From NCBI GenBank assembly GCA_963733055.1, contig CAVTBR010000002.1, positions 128,001 to 192,000 of the forward strand: a stretch of 64,000 nucleotides of DNA, in the 5' to 3' direction. The position numbers and the translations under genes were made by a program. The DNA comes from Candidatus Bathyarchaeota archaeon (lineage in GTDB: Archaea > Thermoproteota > Bathyarchaeia > 40CM-2-53-6). Each line of letters opens with the position of its first letter. The stretch's first letter is position 1. Of the stretch, positions 48,785 through 58,468 are shown piece by piece. The notes under the pieces are model-generated. The model made no database searches. It was not told the DNA's origin and worked only from the letters and a program-made list of their open reading frames with translations.

Positions 48785-50292
48785 GACGTGATCACTATCT
48801 TCTTCTTGTATGTCTTCTCGAATAGCCGCGCTCCGTAGTTCAGCGCCCACTTTTCAAGAAGCAAGTCCCCCTTCCCTTTAAGCATCAAGATTACTTTCCT
48901 CTTTCTAACAGTGACTTTCACGCTTTCCACTCTGCCGGAGTGTTCTCGGTCGAGCCCTTCCGCGAGTCGAAGCAGACTGGCTAACTTAACGACCGTTCGT
49001 CGTTGTTTCGGAGACAGATCCATGTACTCCCTGTGGCTGGCTTTGGGGAAGGAACGGCTGTGGTAGCGGGTTACTGCAGCGATAACCGCCTTATCAGAGT
49101 CATCTACACCTATCAAAGGGGACGCGTTGATCAGATACAAGGAATTCTTATGATGATTCTTCGTTCCAATGTAATATCCAATGTCATGAAGGAGCGAAGC
49201 CACTTCAAGCAAAGTTCGTTCGGTTGCGCCTAATTTGTGGAGTTTTTTCGTCCCGTCAAAGAGCGCGATGGCAAATCTTGTAACAGTTTGCGCATGCTCT
49301 GCTTCATAATCATATTTTCTCCCCAAAAGCCTCGCGGAAGTGACGAGCTGGGTTCGATCTGGTGGGCCCGAGTCGCGCCCCAATCCGCGTGCCATATCAA
49401 TAAGTAAACCCTCTCTGACTCCGACACGCGGAATCTCGATTTCTTGTATCCTTGCTTCCTTGGCCACAATTTGGAGAACTATTATGGCGGGTATGATAAC
49501 GTCGGCTCTATCCGGCCGAAGTCCGAAATCTCTGATCCTCTCTTCGTAGGATCTTGATTGTAATTGTTTGAGAATTGAGTCGAGGTCATCGAGTGTTATG
49601 GAGGCGTCACTGTCTGCGTCGCATAATTGCACGCGGAGGCCGCCCAGCGATTCGACGTTACCTCCCGTAGCGATACAGAGGTCTACTGCGTGTTCGCCGA
49701 TTTCCTTTCTGAGCCGAGTTCCGGAAACGTTGATGTATTCTCGGGCGAGTTGACGGAAGACTCTATCTCCTCGTTTCCTTTGTTCGAGCATTTGCAGAAG
49801 CCTTACGGTACCAATACTGAAACTCTCCGTTGCGATAATCTCGTGTTCAGTTGCGAGGCTGACCTCTACGCTTCCGCCGCCAATATCGACGAGTAGGGCG
49901 ACTTTACCGTTGAGGCGAATGGCCTTTGATACGGCTACGTAGATCAGGCGCGCTTCTTCCTCGGCGCTGATTATGTCTATCATTATCTCTGTGGCTTTGG
50001 AGATTTGCCTAATGCAGTACTCTCGGTTCCTGGCTTCTCTTAGAGCGCTGGTTCCTACCGCCCTCACCGATTTGACTTTGTGTTGATTGATCAATTTCCG
50101 AAACTTGAGGAACGCATTCATCGCTTCAACAAGGCGCGCATCGGTTATCTCACCGCTCGCGAAAACGTCGGCACCTAGGCGGACAGGCTCACGGTCCGTA
50201 TGTATTATGTGGATTCGACCCTCATCGTCAGCTGACGCAATAGCTAGCCGCATCGCATTCGAGCCAACATCGATTGCGGCAAGCTTGGGCAT
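48781..50292 (-). CDS. ppx: Ppx/GppA exopolyphosphatase with HD domain
   Basis: AIDVGSNAMRL, GTSALREA, EEARL, DIGGGSVE and LLHDIG motifs. Confidence 0.94.
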   Translation of the reverse strand: MPKLAAIDVGSNAMRLAIASADDEGRIHIIHTDREPVRLGADVFASGEITDARLVEAMNAFLKFRKLINQHKVKSVRAVGTSALREARNREYCIRQISKATEIMIDIISAEEEARLIYVAVSKAIRLNGKVALLVDIGGGSVEVSLATEHEIIATESFSIGTVRLLQMLEQRKRGDRVFRQLAREYINVSGTRLRKEIGEHAVDLCIATGGNVESLGGLRVQLCDADSDASITLDDLDSILKQLQSRSYEERIRDFGLRPDRADVIIPAIIVLQIVAKEARIQEIEIPRVGVREGLLIDMARGLGRDSGPPDRTQLVTSARLLGRKYDYEAEHAQTVTRFAIALFDGTKKLHKLGATERTLLEVASLLHDIGYYIGTKNHHKNSLYLINASPLIGVDDSDKAVIAAVTRYHSRSFPKASHREYMDLSPKQRRTVVKLASLLRLAEGLDREHSGRVESVKVTVRKRKVILMLKGKGDLLLEKWALNYGARLFEKTYKKKIVITS

Positions 50293-50439
50293 ACAACGAG
50301 CCTCTTTTCAATTTAGACGAGAACAATATGGCTGCCTCTCGCCTTATCAAAAGTTCGTACGCTAGGATCCGTTCGCATATCTCTATGCGAAATGTCAACA
50401 TTCCGTTATCTAAGCCAATTCAAATTAGACCCCGCACCG

Positions 50440-50811
50440 TTAGGTCTTCCCGGAATCATAGGCAGATGCAGCTAGATCACTGGAAATAGTGCTCGTTTTC
50501 CAACGAACAATTAGGCCGTAAGGATCAACGATTCCAGTCGTGGTCGTAGAGTGGCCGCGGGTCTGAATTAATGATTCTCCAGCGTTTATCCCGTATGTAC
50601 GGCTCTCCGGCGAAGCGTATAGGTAACAGTCGCCGGTCTCAGCGTTCTTCCCCAGTTCCATGATTATTGCTTTGGCGATTTCCGAGATCCTAGACCAATA
50701 GCCGTTGGGAGTTTGTTCGGGTTTGGATGTGCTACTTCGCACGTTTGTGGAGGATCTTGACGGATTAAATGGGACGCCTCGACGGACGGCCTTGGAACTT
50801 CCATGCGTCAA
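50440..50811 (-). CDS. Hypothetical protein
   Basis: 123-aa ORF with SD GAGGA before TTG, 10 nt after the zinc-finger microprotein; no recognisable motif. Confidence 0.35.
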   Translation of the reverse strand: MTHGSSKAVRRGVPFNPSRSSTNVRSSTSKPEQTPNGYWSRISEIAKAIIMELGKNAETGDCYLYASPESRTYGINAGESLIQTRGHSTTTTGIVDPYGLIVRWKTSTISSDLAASAYDSGKT

Positions 50812-50821
50812 TCCTCTGTCC

Positions 50822-50983
50822 CTACGCCGGAATCGAGCACATTTCTACGTGATACAAGTAGATCTCTTCATTGACGGCCCAGAATCCACAATTGTCGCAG
50901 ACAAGCGCCTCATCCGAAAAGTCAAGAAAATCTCTATCCATTGAAACCCCAACGGGGCGTCGTTCTATCTCTGCTGTCTTCAT
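50822..50983 (-). CDS. C2HC zinc-finger microprotein (53 aa, not in the ORF track)
   Basis: MKTAEIERRPVGVSMDRDFLDFSDEALVCDNCGFWAVNEEIYLYHVEMCSIPA; spacing C-x2-C-x12-H-x3-C. Confidence 0.55.
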   Translation of the reverse strand: MKTAEIERRPVGVSMDRDFLDFSDEALVCDNCGFWAVNEEIYLYHVEMCSIPA

Positions 50984-51218
50984 TTTGCTTCAAGCCCGAT
51001 ATACGCGAAAGTGACTCTTAGTCGAATCCCACATAGAGCTCGCGCCACTCTGCTACAACACACGACTCACGTGACGACATGAGCGCGCATTCTTACGTAG
51101 AGTACGAAGTCTCAGTTCCTGTCGGTTTGTTCAAGGCGTCCACTATCGGGTGAAGGACGGCGCATCGTCCCAAATCGGTTAAGTACACTCGGCTCCCATA
51201 AGCGCCTGAGATTCTGCT

Positions 51219-51638
51219 TTGTCGCCACAAAGAACGGTCGAGGTGGAAGGTGATCAGGGTTCTCGTGAATTCCTCTGCGTCGCAACCATACTGCCGATCC
51301 GAAGTTGGCAGGACATCATTCCCTTCTTCTGGATGACCGGTAAGGTCCAGAAGCAGCTGGAGCAGTCTAAAGGCCTAGTCAGATATGGTCTGAAGACCGA
51401 TTTGCCGCACAAACGTTTCTGGACGTTCTCTGTTTGGCGGGATAGAGAGTCTATGGAGAACTTCGCGGGAATGAACCCTCACACCGATGCAATATCGAAA
51501 TTCTCGGACTGGGCTGGAGAGGGCGCAGCCTTCGTTGAATGGAAAGCTACGAATGGAGCGGTGGATTGGGATCTGGCGTCGAAGCAACTTGAGAACCCAA
51601 CATTCCGCTACCAACGAGACGAGAACAAGTCCGCGTGA
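51219..51638 (+). CDS. ABM/DUF3291-like dimeric alpha-beta barrel protein
   Basis: FWTFSVWRDRESMENF..PH motif. Confidence 0.75.
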   Translation: MSPQRTVEVEGDQGSREFLCVATILPIRSWQDIIPFFWMTGKVQKQLEQSKGLVRYGLKTDLPHKRFWTFSVWRDRESMENFAGMNPHTDAISKFSDWAGEGAAFVEWKATNGAVDWDLASKQLENPTFRYQRDENKSA

Positions 51639-51650
51639 CAGGCGTTTAGG

Positions 51651-53504
51651 TCAATTGAGAGTTAGGGAACGCAACTGTCGTAGCATTGATGTTTTCTTTC
51701 TTTGATGTGTTTCCATTCTTCGTAGTATGTCGTTGAGTGCCGTAACCGCCTTCACCATATATGGGCCTTTGTTCAGCATAACGCAATCCGCGCGGACACC
51801 CATTGCTGCATCTGTTATTTCAGCCCGAGAGGGCATGCCTTTCTTCGCTAGAGTTTCGAGAACTTCCGACGCCCATATTACCGGGGTGTGGGCCGCTTCG
51901 CAGATCCACAAAATCTCTTCCTGTACTTCAGCCAATCGTTCGTAACCGCACTCGACGGCGAGGTCCCCACGTGCTATCATCACACCGACAGCATCTGTCC
52001 ACCGCATTGCTGCGAACAACATGGATGGAAGGTTTTCGAAGCCTTCTCTAGTCTCGATCTTCAGAACGATCCCTTTTCGGCGGCTCTTCAACTTCTTAAG
52101 CTGCATTATCAGCGCTTCAACATCTTCCTTATTTTTCGCAAAGGAAAGGGCCACACTATCGGCGCATTTCGTTGCAACCGAAAGAGCTTCGAAGTCTTTC
52201 TGACCGAGGGCATCTGTGTCCAACCTAGTGTCAGGTAAGTTAATTCCCCTATCAGGTCTTAGTTTGGACCCCGCCGGTTTAGCGTGTGTAATGCGGACGC
52301 GGACTTGACCCTCGGTCTTGGCTTCTATTACGCCACCGATCTTACCGTCGTCGAACCAGATCGATTGACCAGGCTTCAAACCCGCAAGTGCTTCCCGAGT
52401 GAGACCGCCAACCTTGGGCAACTCCTCTCCGCCTTGACCCTCTGACCCTGCCGCAGGGTTGCCTGTTAGAAGCAGTTTGTCGCCAATCCGAAGGAGTATG
52501 CTAGTTTCAACCGGCTTCATGTCGCCGATTCTACTTTCAGCTGGCTGAGATTCGGTTTCCGGTTTCGTCTTCAGCAGTGTGTCTGGGCCAACGTAGGCCG
52601 TGCTCTGGGATTCAGCCCAGCGTGACTCGTCGACTTCTCCAGTAATTGTTAGAAGCCGTTTTTTCCCGCGCAGATCCGTGAATCTAATCATTGAGCCAAC
52701 CGCTAAGGAGGCTAACCAGTCGCCTTGAACCGGCAACCATGCATCTGCGTTTTCGTTCGGTATGGTTGGTCGCTCGTAGGGGGTTAACCAGATTCGTGCA
52801 GGGTGAATTACGTTTCCAACTTCATCTCGCTTCGGTCCCCACTTAATGACACGAGGTCCAGGTCCAATTTGTCCAGTGCGTAGTTTGCGTCCTGGCAAAT
52901 CGAATTCGACTTGGCAATCCTTTTCGAGTTCCTTCGAAGCCTGACGAAGGTTACGCACCATTCGGTGCCAGATAGACGCGTCATCTCTTGCACAATTTAT
53001 CCGCACACAATCAGTTCCGCAATCGATCAGATCGCGAACCAAAGTGTAATCGTCTGCGGCCTCAGTAGGGACGGTCACCATTATCCGTACGGCCCTATCG
53101 ATTGGTCTCCGTCCCAAGAGTTTCCGAGTATGTTCCTCGAGAAGCCTCGCGCCTTCTTGGAACCTTAGAGCGGGATGCTTAGCCGGGCGCAAGGCTTCCT
53201 CGCCCATTAAGCGTAGGAGGATGTTGAGGACGGATTCGATAGTAATCAGAACGTGACTTTCGCTTCGTCCAAGTGAGGATAAGCCAATCTCGGCTAATTC
53301 AGCTTGTAACTCGCGCATATCGAAGCGCCTGAGCGCGAGATAGTGGACTAGATTTCGAGCACTCTCTCTCCAAGAAGGGTCTGTGGACCGGATGAGTTGA
53401 GCAAAGTGTTCCTCCGCTTCCAACAAATTCACATGAATACGCCGTAACTCATTGATGAGTTTGGTAAGGGTCTTATCGTAACTTGACCTCTGTGGGTTTT
53501 TCAT
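51651..53504 (-). CDS. pyk: Pyruvate kinase, long Pyk2-like form
   Basis: RIMVT, RINCA, DLPGRKLRTG, LKIET, MIARGDL, RAEITDAA and VMLNKG motifs; N-terminal GLSSLGRSESHV extension. Confidence 0.9.
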   Translation of the reverse strand: MKNPQRSSYDKTLTKLINELRRIHVNLLEAEEHFAQLIRSTDPSWRESARNLVHYLALRRFDMRELQAELAEIGLSSLGRSESHVLITIESVLNILLRLMGEEALRPAKHPALRFQEGARLLEEHTRKLLGRRPIDRAVRIMVTVPTEAADDYTLVRDLIDCGTDCVRINCARDDASIWHRMVRNLRQASKELEKDCQVEFDLPGRKLRTGQIGPGPRVIKWGPKRDEVGNVIHPARIWLTPYERPTIPNENADAWLPVQGDWLASLAVGSMIRFTDLRGKKRLLTITGEVDESRWAESQSTAYVGPDTLLKTKPETESQPAESRIGDMKPVETSILLRIGDKLLLTGNPAAGSEGQGGEELPKVGGLTREALAGLKPGQSIWFDDGKIGGVIEAKTEGQVRVRITHAKPAGSKLRPDRGINLPDTRLDTDALGQKDFEALSVATKCADSVALSFAKNKEDVEALIMQLKKLKSRRKGIVLKIETREGFENLPSMLFAAMRWTDAVGVMIARGDLAVECGYERLAEVQEEILWICEAAHTPVIWASEVLETLAKKGMPSRAEITDAAMGVRADCVMLNKGPYMVKAVTALNDILRRMETHQRKKTSMLRQLRSLTLN

Positions 53505-53593
53505 TTACTCAGGCTTCTTTCAATTCGAGCGCTTGAACCGTCACTTCGAAGAATCCTATCTACAATGCCTATCATGGTAGGCTCTATTATAAT

Positions 53594-53636
53594 GAAAAAA
53601 GAGAAAGAGGGTACGGGCGCCTTGCGGCGCTCGGAC
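53594..53636 (-). terminator. Hairpin plus U-rich terminator of the surface-protein gene
   Basis: Minus strand GCGCC-GCAA-GGCGC (GNRA loop) followed by CTCTTTCTCTTTTTT. Confidence 0.7.
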
Positions 53637-53638
53637 GC

Positions 53639-56600
53639 TTAAACGCGTCTTCGTTTGAGTATGTATACTGATGCTGCTAACGCTGCGAAAGCGACAACCG
53701 CTACTGCGCCGAATTCTGGGACAGGTATGTTGCTTTGTTCTAGGTACACGTTCTGACCCGATCCGCTCTGGCCTGGTGAGACCGAGACGGACCAAGTTTG
53801 AGGCGCATACCCTGCTTGACTGATGCTGAACTTGTAGTTGCCTGCGGGTAGGAAGGCTTGGTAAACGCCGTCGTAGGTGTAGAAGTTCCACGACGCCCCG
53901 CTAGCGCCAGTCACAGTGACTGTGCCCCAGCTGAGAGTGCGGAACTCATTACTCCACGTGAAAGCGAGTACGTTACCTGAGACGAACCCGTTCAGGTCAA
54001 CCTCAAAGACTGCGCTTGCTTCACCACTGTTGTGTGTTCCAGCTATCTGCCAGACACCTTCTTGCGAGTACGGGCCTAGGTGGTTCGCGGCCATGGTGTG
54101 GCCGACGAAAGCGCTGCCTGGTGGCGATACGTACTCATTCAGTGCAGTGTCTTCGGTCAGGCTGATGCCTGAGAGTGCGGTCGTGCCTGGGATGATGTGA
54201 TACGATTCACCCATCAACAGACCGTTGACCGGCGGATAGTACTGCGCAAAGATGTTTGTGTATGGGCTGGTTGGTGCTTGTCCGCCGCCGCTTGCGGCTT
54301 CCATTGTGCTTGTGTTGTTGGCGTACCATGGGACGAAGTCAGCCTCTGCTGTCCATCCACCCGTGTAGTCTGGAGCACCCGCGATTCCCGTGGAGGGGTA
54401 CGGATACTGACCATACGGGGCAGGGAAGCACCATAGGTTGAAGTCGCAGACACCAAAGGCACCGCCACCGGTCGATAGGGGGTCGCTGAAGTATGCCGGG
54501 TTGCCGAGGAGGAATCCTGCTGGCGGTTGTTGTGGTAAGCCAGCTGTGAGGACATGCAATAGCGTTGTTCCGCCTGGTAGGAAGTTATATGCTTTCAGCC
54601 CGGAAGCGGGTTTCTGTAGGCCCGCTTGGTCGCTGAATGGGTATTGTGGGGAAGTTGGGTTCACGAACCCGCTCGCTACGGTTGCGCCGTTGGCTGCTAT
54701 GGCGTGGCCAGTGCGGTCAACGTATGTGCCCTCACTGGACATCCATTCTGCTACCAACTGGCTTTGGTCGTTGAAGAAGCGGACTCGTGCGGACATGTTC
54801 ATGTTTGTTGGTGTGATGATGCTCTCTTTCTTGAAGAGAATATCAACCGTTAGGTTCACGCCAATGATCAGGTTGATTTTCATGTCCGCAACCTGCCCGC
54901 ATTGTGCGTAGGCTGTGAAGTCCTTGTCCTGTACGTAACCATACGTGTAGGCTGCGAGGTTGTAGGGGCCTGGGTTGAATGATAGCGGCCAGACGACTCT
55001 GGCTTGGTTGAACATAACATCCGTCAAGAGTTTCGCCTGGGTGGTGAATCCGTTCTTGCCAGCAGTATACCCGCCTACGAACGCATAACGTGCTGATGCT
55101 CCGTAGTAGACATCGTGCGAGTTAGAGAATCCTTGCAGTACGTTGCGTCCACCGCCATCCATTTCAGAGCAATTCAGTGAGTAGGTTTGTGCTCCCAATG
55201 GTTCCTTGAACCCGTCGGTCTGTGATGGGTTGAAGCAGTCTACTGCTTCCGGACCTTGGTAGAGGTGTGTGGTGTAGATGCTTGGTGGGAGGTAGAAGAC
55301 GCTGGAGACATCGCCGGCCGTGTCCCAGACCTTGCCGGCAGTGCCGTTCACTACAGGGTAGAAACCGACGTCGATCTCAGACCCTAGACAGCCATTATCT
55401 TTGCCGGCGTTGCCGTTGCCGATGTTGCCTTTCCCAGTTGCGAGGCCGAACGCCATTCCGTCTTGGCATCCGGACCAGACCCAGTTTCTGCTAACTCTTG
55501 GTCGTTCCCAGTCGATGCTGAATACTGATACGTTGAAGCCTGGTGTGAGGAATAGGTGATCGCTGATGAGGGTCGGATTACCGCTCAGGGTGACTGAGAC
55601 CTGTTGCGTATAGCCTGGCCCGCATGGAGCAACTTCAGTGTAGCCGTCTGTGGCTACATTCGGAGTGTATGTTCCGGATGGGATGCCGTAGTTTTCGCCA
55701 CCCCACGTGTCGTTGAGGCCCCAGAATTGTATAACAGCTCTGCCGCTTGCGATGGCGTCTTTGTTGAGGTGAGCTCTGTCGAGTTGGTCAGTTGTTCCTG
55801 GGCATGATACGGTTGGTGCGCCTGTTTCGCCGGAGCCGAGGAAGCTACCATAGCTTGAGAATGTCCCTAGGTTACTTGATTGTCTGCCGTTAGAGTTAAC
55901 ATCGTAGGCACAGTTTGAGTAGTATTTGTCGTTGTATCCTAGGTTGGTTACGTTGTGGGCGTAAATGTGTCCGTCGGCACCTACTAAGTTACCCCAAAGG
56001 TAACCTGCGCCGCTGTGGATTGGGCTTGTTACGATTGTGTTTGGTGTGTCGTGGAAGTAGACGGTCTTGTTAACCCAGCTTGAGAGGCGTATGTCGATTG
56101 GTAATGTCACATCTCCTGCCCACTCGTTGGGTGTTACGTCAAAGTAATACTCCTGGAAGGTAGAACCGTCCAGAGCAGTTTGCACGTAACGGAAGGTCCA
56201 GGCTCGCACGTAATAGCGGCCGGCTGTGAGGCCGTTGATCCAAGTCGCGTAGACCTGCGGAACTTCTCCCGACAAGTCTCTTGGAGCACCGTACTCACCC
56301 TTCAAACCAAACTCAAAGTGGAACGGAGTCGTGGTGTTACCAGCAACGTACCATTGTTGCGGTGGGCCGACTCCTTCGGGGTCGGATGTTAGGAAGGTGC
56401 ATGCGAAGTTGCCTGGCGCACATTTGTTGCTCCAGGAAACGTCGCGGCTGTAGCCGTTCGTCGCACCCGTAAAGGGGTTCGGCACGTCGCCATAGGCTGC
56501 GCCGTTGACTGTGCTGTACTCATGCCACGGAAACGCAATCGCGCTTCCGAGTCGTGGGTCACCACAGAGCCCGGCTGCACGGCGACCGTAGTACTTCTCT

Positions 56601-58027
56601 TGTCCTCCCGCGGTGCAGGGTAACGGGGACCAAGAGACTGGTGGACCAGCGCTCGGGTCAACTTGGTTGCTAAGAGTTGCTGCTGAGTAGAGTTCAATTT
56701 TCATGTATTGGCCTACAGTAGTTGTGACGCCGAGTCCAGAATCAATCGATGCTGGCCATGGTTGGTCACCGAACTGATGTTTCGTGTACACGTTACCGTG
56801 AACCACGGGCCCTGGTTGTAGGAAGCAATCGAAGTGAAGGGATTGACCCTTCAGAACCGTTACTCCACTATTGCACAACACCTGAGGATAACCAGCGGCT
56901 TCAGCATAAATGTCGTAAACGCCTGGCGCGAGGCCTTCTAATTCATAGTGGCCGTTTGCAGTTGCATTGATGAACGCCTGCGAGTTAATGGTTGCTAGGT
57001 CGGGCCGGTTTTGGCCGGTGTATGGATCGATGCGCATGGTCATGTTCGCCCAAACCATTCCAGCCTCCGCGATCGGTAGTTGATAGAGAGTTGAGTTGTA
57101 GCCCGCATACCGGAGAGTTCCGGTTATGATGGCCGGATCAGTCTCACCCTTCACCAACATCACTGGCCAGTTCTGTGGCGGAACCCAAACGTCTGGATTC
57201 TCTACGGTCGCGCTTGCGGCCGAGGATTGGGTTGGTCCGACGCCGTACTGGTTAGCGCCGGGCGCATTGTTTGAGTAGAGCATCATTTTGAAGAAGTATC
57301 GTCCCGCGGTGGATGGTGCGGTTACGCCGTTGATGCGGACGTAGTACCATTCACCGGCGGTTGTGAAGTTGAGGAATTGATGGTTGTAGCCCGGGTTTAT
57401 GATAGCGTCTGCCTGTATCAGGACTAAGGTCCAGCCTGGCGCATATCTATCGTCAGGCCCGAGCCTACCCACATATACGTTGGCGTAGTTGTTCGTCAGG
57501 GTGGATACGATTTGAGACGCGTCCTTGACTGTGAATTCGGGGGGGATCATGATGCTTATCGTGTCCCAACCCAAATTGTTCTTCAAGGTAGATTGAATCT
57601 CAGTCTTGCTTGTAGCGGCGCATCCAGTGCTCCAATTTGCTGGCAAGCAAGTCGCGTTAATCGCGAAGATCAAGTCACCCGTTGAACTTGTTAGTACTGC
57701 TCCGAATGGGGCATACGTGTCCGATTGAAGCTGATACCAACTGTTGCTCGGTGCACCCGGCGGATTACCGTTCGGGTAAGGTGACTGATAACCTGGCGAG
57801 CAGCTGTTGCTCACCGAGTTCGGATTACCCTGATACGCACATTGACCGCTGCCAGGCCAAACATAACCAATAGGCCCAGCAACATGCGGGTCAAAATTGT
57901 TATTGTCGTACGGATTGGTTCCGGATAGGTTGCCCAAGGTAAAGTGCGCTTGGGTGGGAACCATCACCGCCAACGTGCTGATTACGAATATTGCGATTGC
58001 TAGCGTTGCAGCTAATTTCTTACGCAA
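53639..58027 (-). CDS. Large secreted PEF-CTERM surface glycoprotein (S-layer candidate) with carboxypeptidase-regulatory-like domains
   Basis: Signal peptide ending TQA; NGHYELEGLAPGVYDIYAEAAGY; many N-x-S/T sequons; C-terminal VPEFG + TM + KRRR. Confidence 0.88.
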   Translation of the reverse strand: MRKKLAATLAIAIFVISTLAVMVPTQAHFTLGNLSGTNPYDNNNFDPHVAGPIGYVWPGSGQCAYQGNPNSVSNSCSPGYQSPYPNGNPPGAPSNSWYQLQSDTYAPFGAVLTSSTGDLIFAINATCLPANWSTGCAATSKTEIQSTLKNNLGWDTISIMIPPEFTVKDASQIVSTLTNNYANVYVGRLGPDDRYAPGWTLVLIQADAIINPGYNHQFLNFTTAGEWYYVRINGVTAPSTAGRYFFKMMLYSNNAPGANQYGVGPTQSSAASATVENPDVWVPPQNWPVMLVKGETDPAIITGTLRYAGYNSTLYQLPIAEAGMVWANMTMRIDPYTGQNRPDLATINSQAFINATANGHYELEGLAPGVYDIYAEAAGYPQVLCNSGVTVLKGQSLHFDCFLQPGPVVHGNVYTKHQFGDQPWPASIDSGLGVTTTVGQYMKIELYSAATLSNQVDPSAGPPVSWSPLPCTAGGQEKYYGRRAAGLCGDPRLGSAIAFPWHEYSTVNGAAYGDVPNPFTGATNGYSRDVSWSNKCAPGNFACTFLTSDPEGVGPPQQWYVAGNTTTPFHFEFGLKGEYGAPRDLSGEVPQVYATWINGLTAGRYYVRAWTFRYVQTALDGSTFQEYYFDVTPNEWAGDVTLPIDIRLSSWVNKTVYFHDTPNTIVTSPIHSGAGYLWGNLVGADGHIYAHNVTNLGYNDKYYSNCAYDVNSNGRQSSNLGTFSSYGSFLGSGETGAPTVSCPGTTDQLDRAHLNKDAIASGRAVIQFWGLNDTWGGENYGIPSGTYTPNVATDGYTEVAPCGPGYTQQVSVTLSGNPTLISDHLFLTPGFNVSVFSIDWERPRVSRNWVWSGCQDGMAFGLATGKGNIGNGNAGKDNGCLGSEIDVGFYPVVNGTAGKVWDTAGDVSSVFYLPPSIYTTHLYQGPEAVDCFNPSQTDGFKEPLGAQTYSLNCSEMDGGGRNVLQGFSNSHDVYYGASARYAFVGGYTAGKNGFTTQAKLLTDVMFNQARVVWPLSFNPGPYNLAAYTYGYVQDKDFTAYAQCGQVADMKINLIIGVNLTVDILFKKESIITPTNMNMSARVRFFNDQSQLVAEWMSSEGTYVDRTGHAIAANGATVASGFVNPTSPQYPFSDQAGLQKPASGLKAYNFLPGGTTLLHVLTAGLPQQPPAGFLLGNPAYFSDPLSTGGGAFGVCDFNLWCFPAPYGQYPYPSTGIAGAPDYTGGWTAEADFVPWYANNTSTMEAASGGGQAPTSPYTNIFAQYYPPVNGLLMGESYHIIPGTTALSGISLTEDTALNEYVSPPGSAFVGHTMAANHLGPYSQEGVWQIAGTHNSGEASAVFEVDLNGFVSGNVLAFTWSNEFRTLSWGTVTVTGASGASWNFYTYDGVYQAFLPAGNYKFSISQAGYAPQTWSVSVSPGQSGSGQNVYLEQSNIPVPEFGAVAVVAFAALAASVYILKRRRV

Positions 58028-58055
58028 ATTTTCATTTCTCCTTTATTCTTTATTA

Positions 58056-58105
58056 TGCGTAATTGTTACGCAAAAATCGCTACGGCGAGCTAGTGCTTTA
58101 TTAAA
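58056..58105 (-). promoter_or_regulatory. TATA box and 5' hairpin of the surface-protein gene
   Basis: TTTAATAA near 58098-58105; perfect TGCGTAA-n3-TTACGCA at 58056-58072. Confidence 0.55.
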
Positions 58106-58324
58106 TGACCAGTCGAAACCCAGAAAACTCAGCTCTGAGTTACATGAAATCACGCGCCGGAATACGATGTACCGTAATTACCGGAAATTGGGGAGTCTTT
58201 GCGTTAATTGATTCGATAATCATGACGAAATCCCGCCTCCCAATTTCCAAAGGGCAGTACAGAAAATCGCGTAAAACTAATCAAAAAACAGGGTATTTAG
58301 AATGTTCCAAGTCCTGGCTTGTCA

Positions 58325-58468
58325 TTACTTGGTAGTCAGCTTGTGGGTGTAGGCGTCGGCGAATTTCCCAAGCTTCCACGCAAGGAACACCACCGTCGCA
58401 ACAATGGCCACGCCTAGGATCGCCCTGATCACCAAGCCCACAAAAAGTAGGCCAATTGGAAGAGGCAT
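58325..58468 (-). CDS. Small single-TM membrane protein (47 aa)
   Basis: SD GGTGA, ATG, hydrophobic helix, basic tail. Confidence 0.55.
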   Translation of the reverse strand: MPLPIGLLFVGLVIRAILGVAIVATVVFLAWKLGKFADAYTHKLTTK

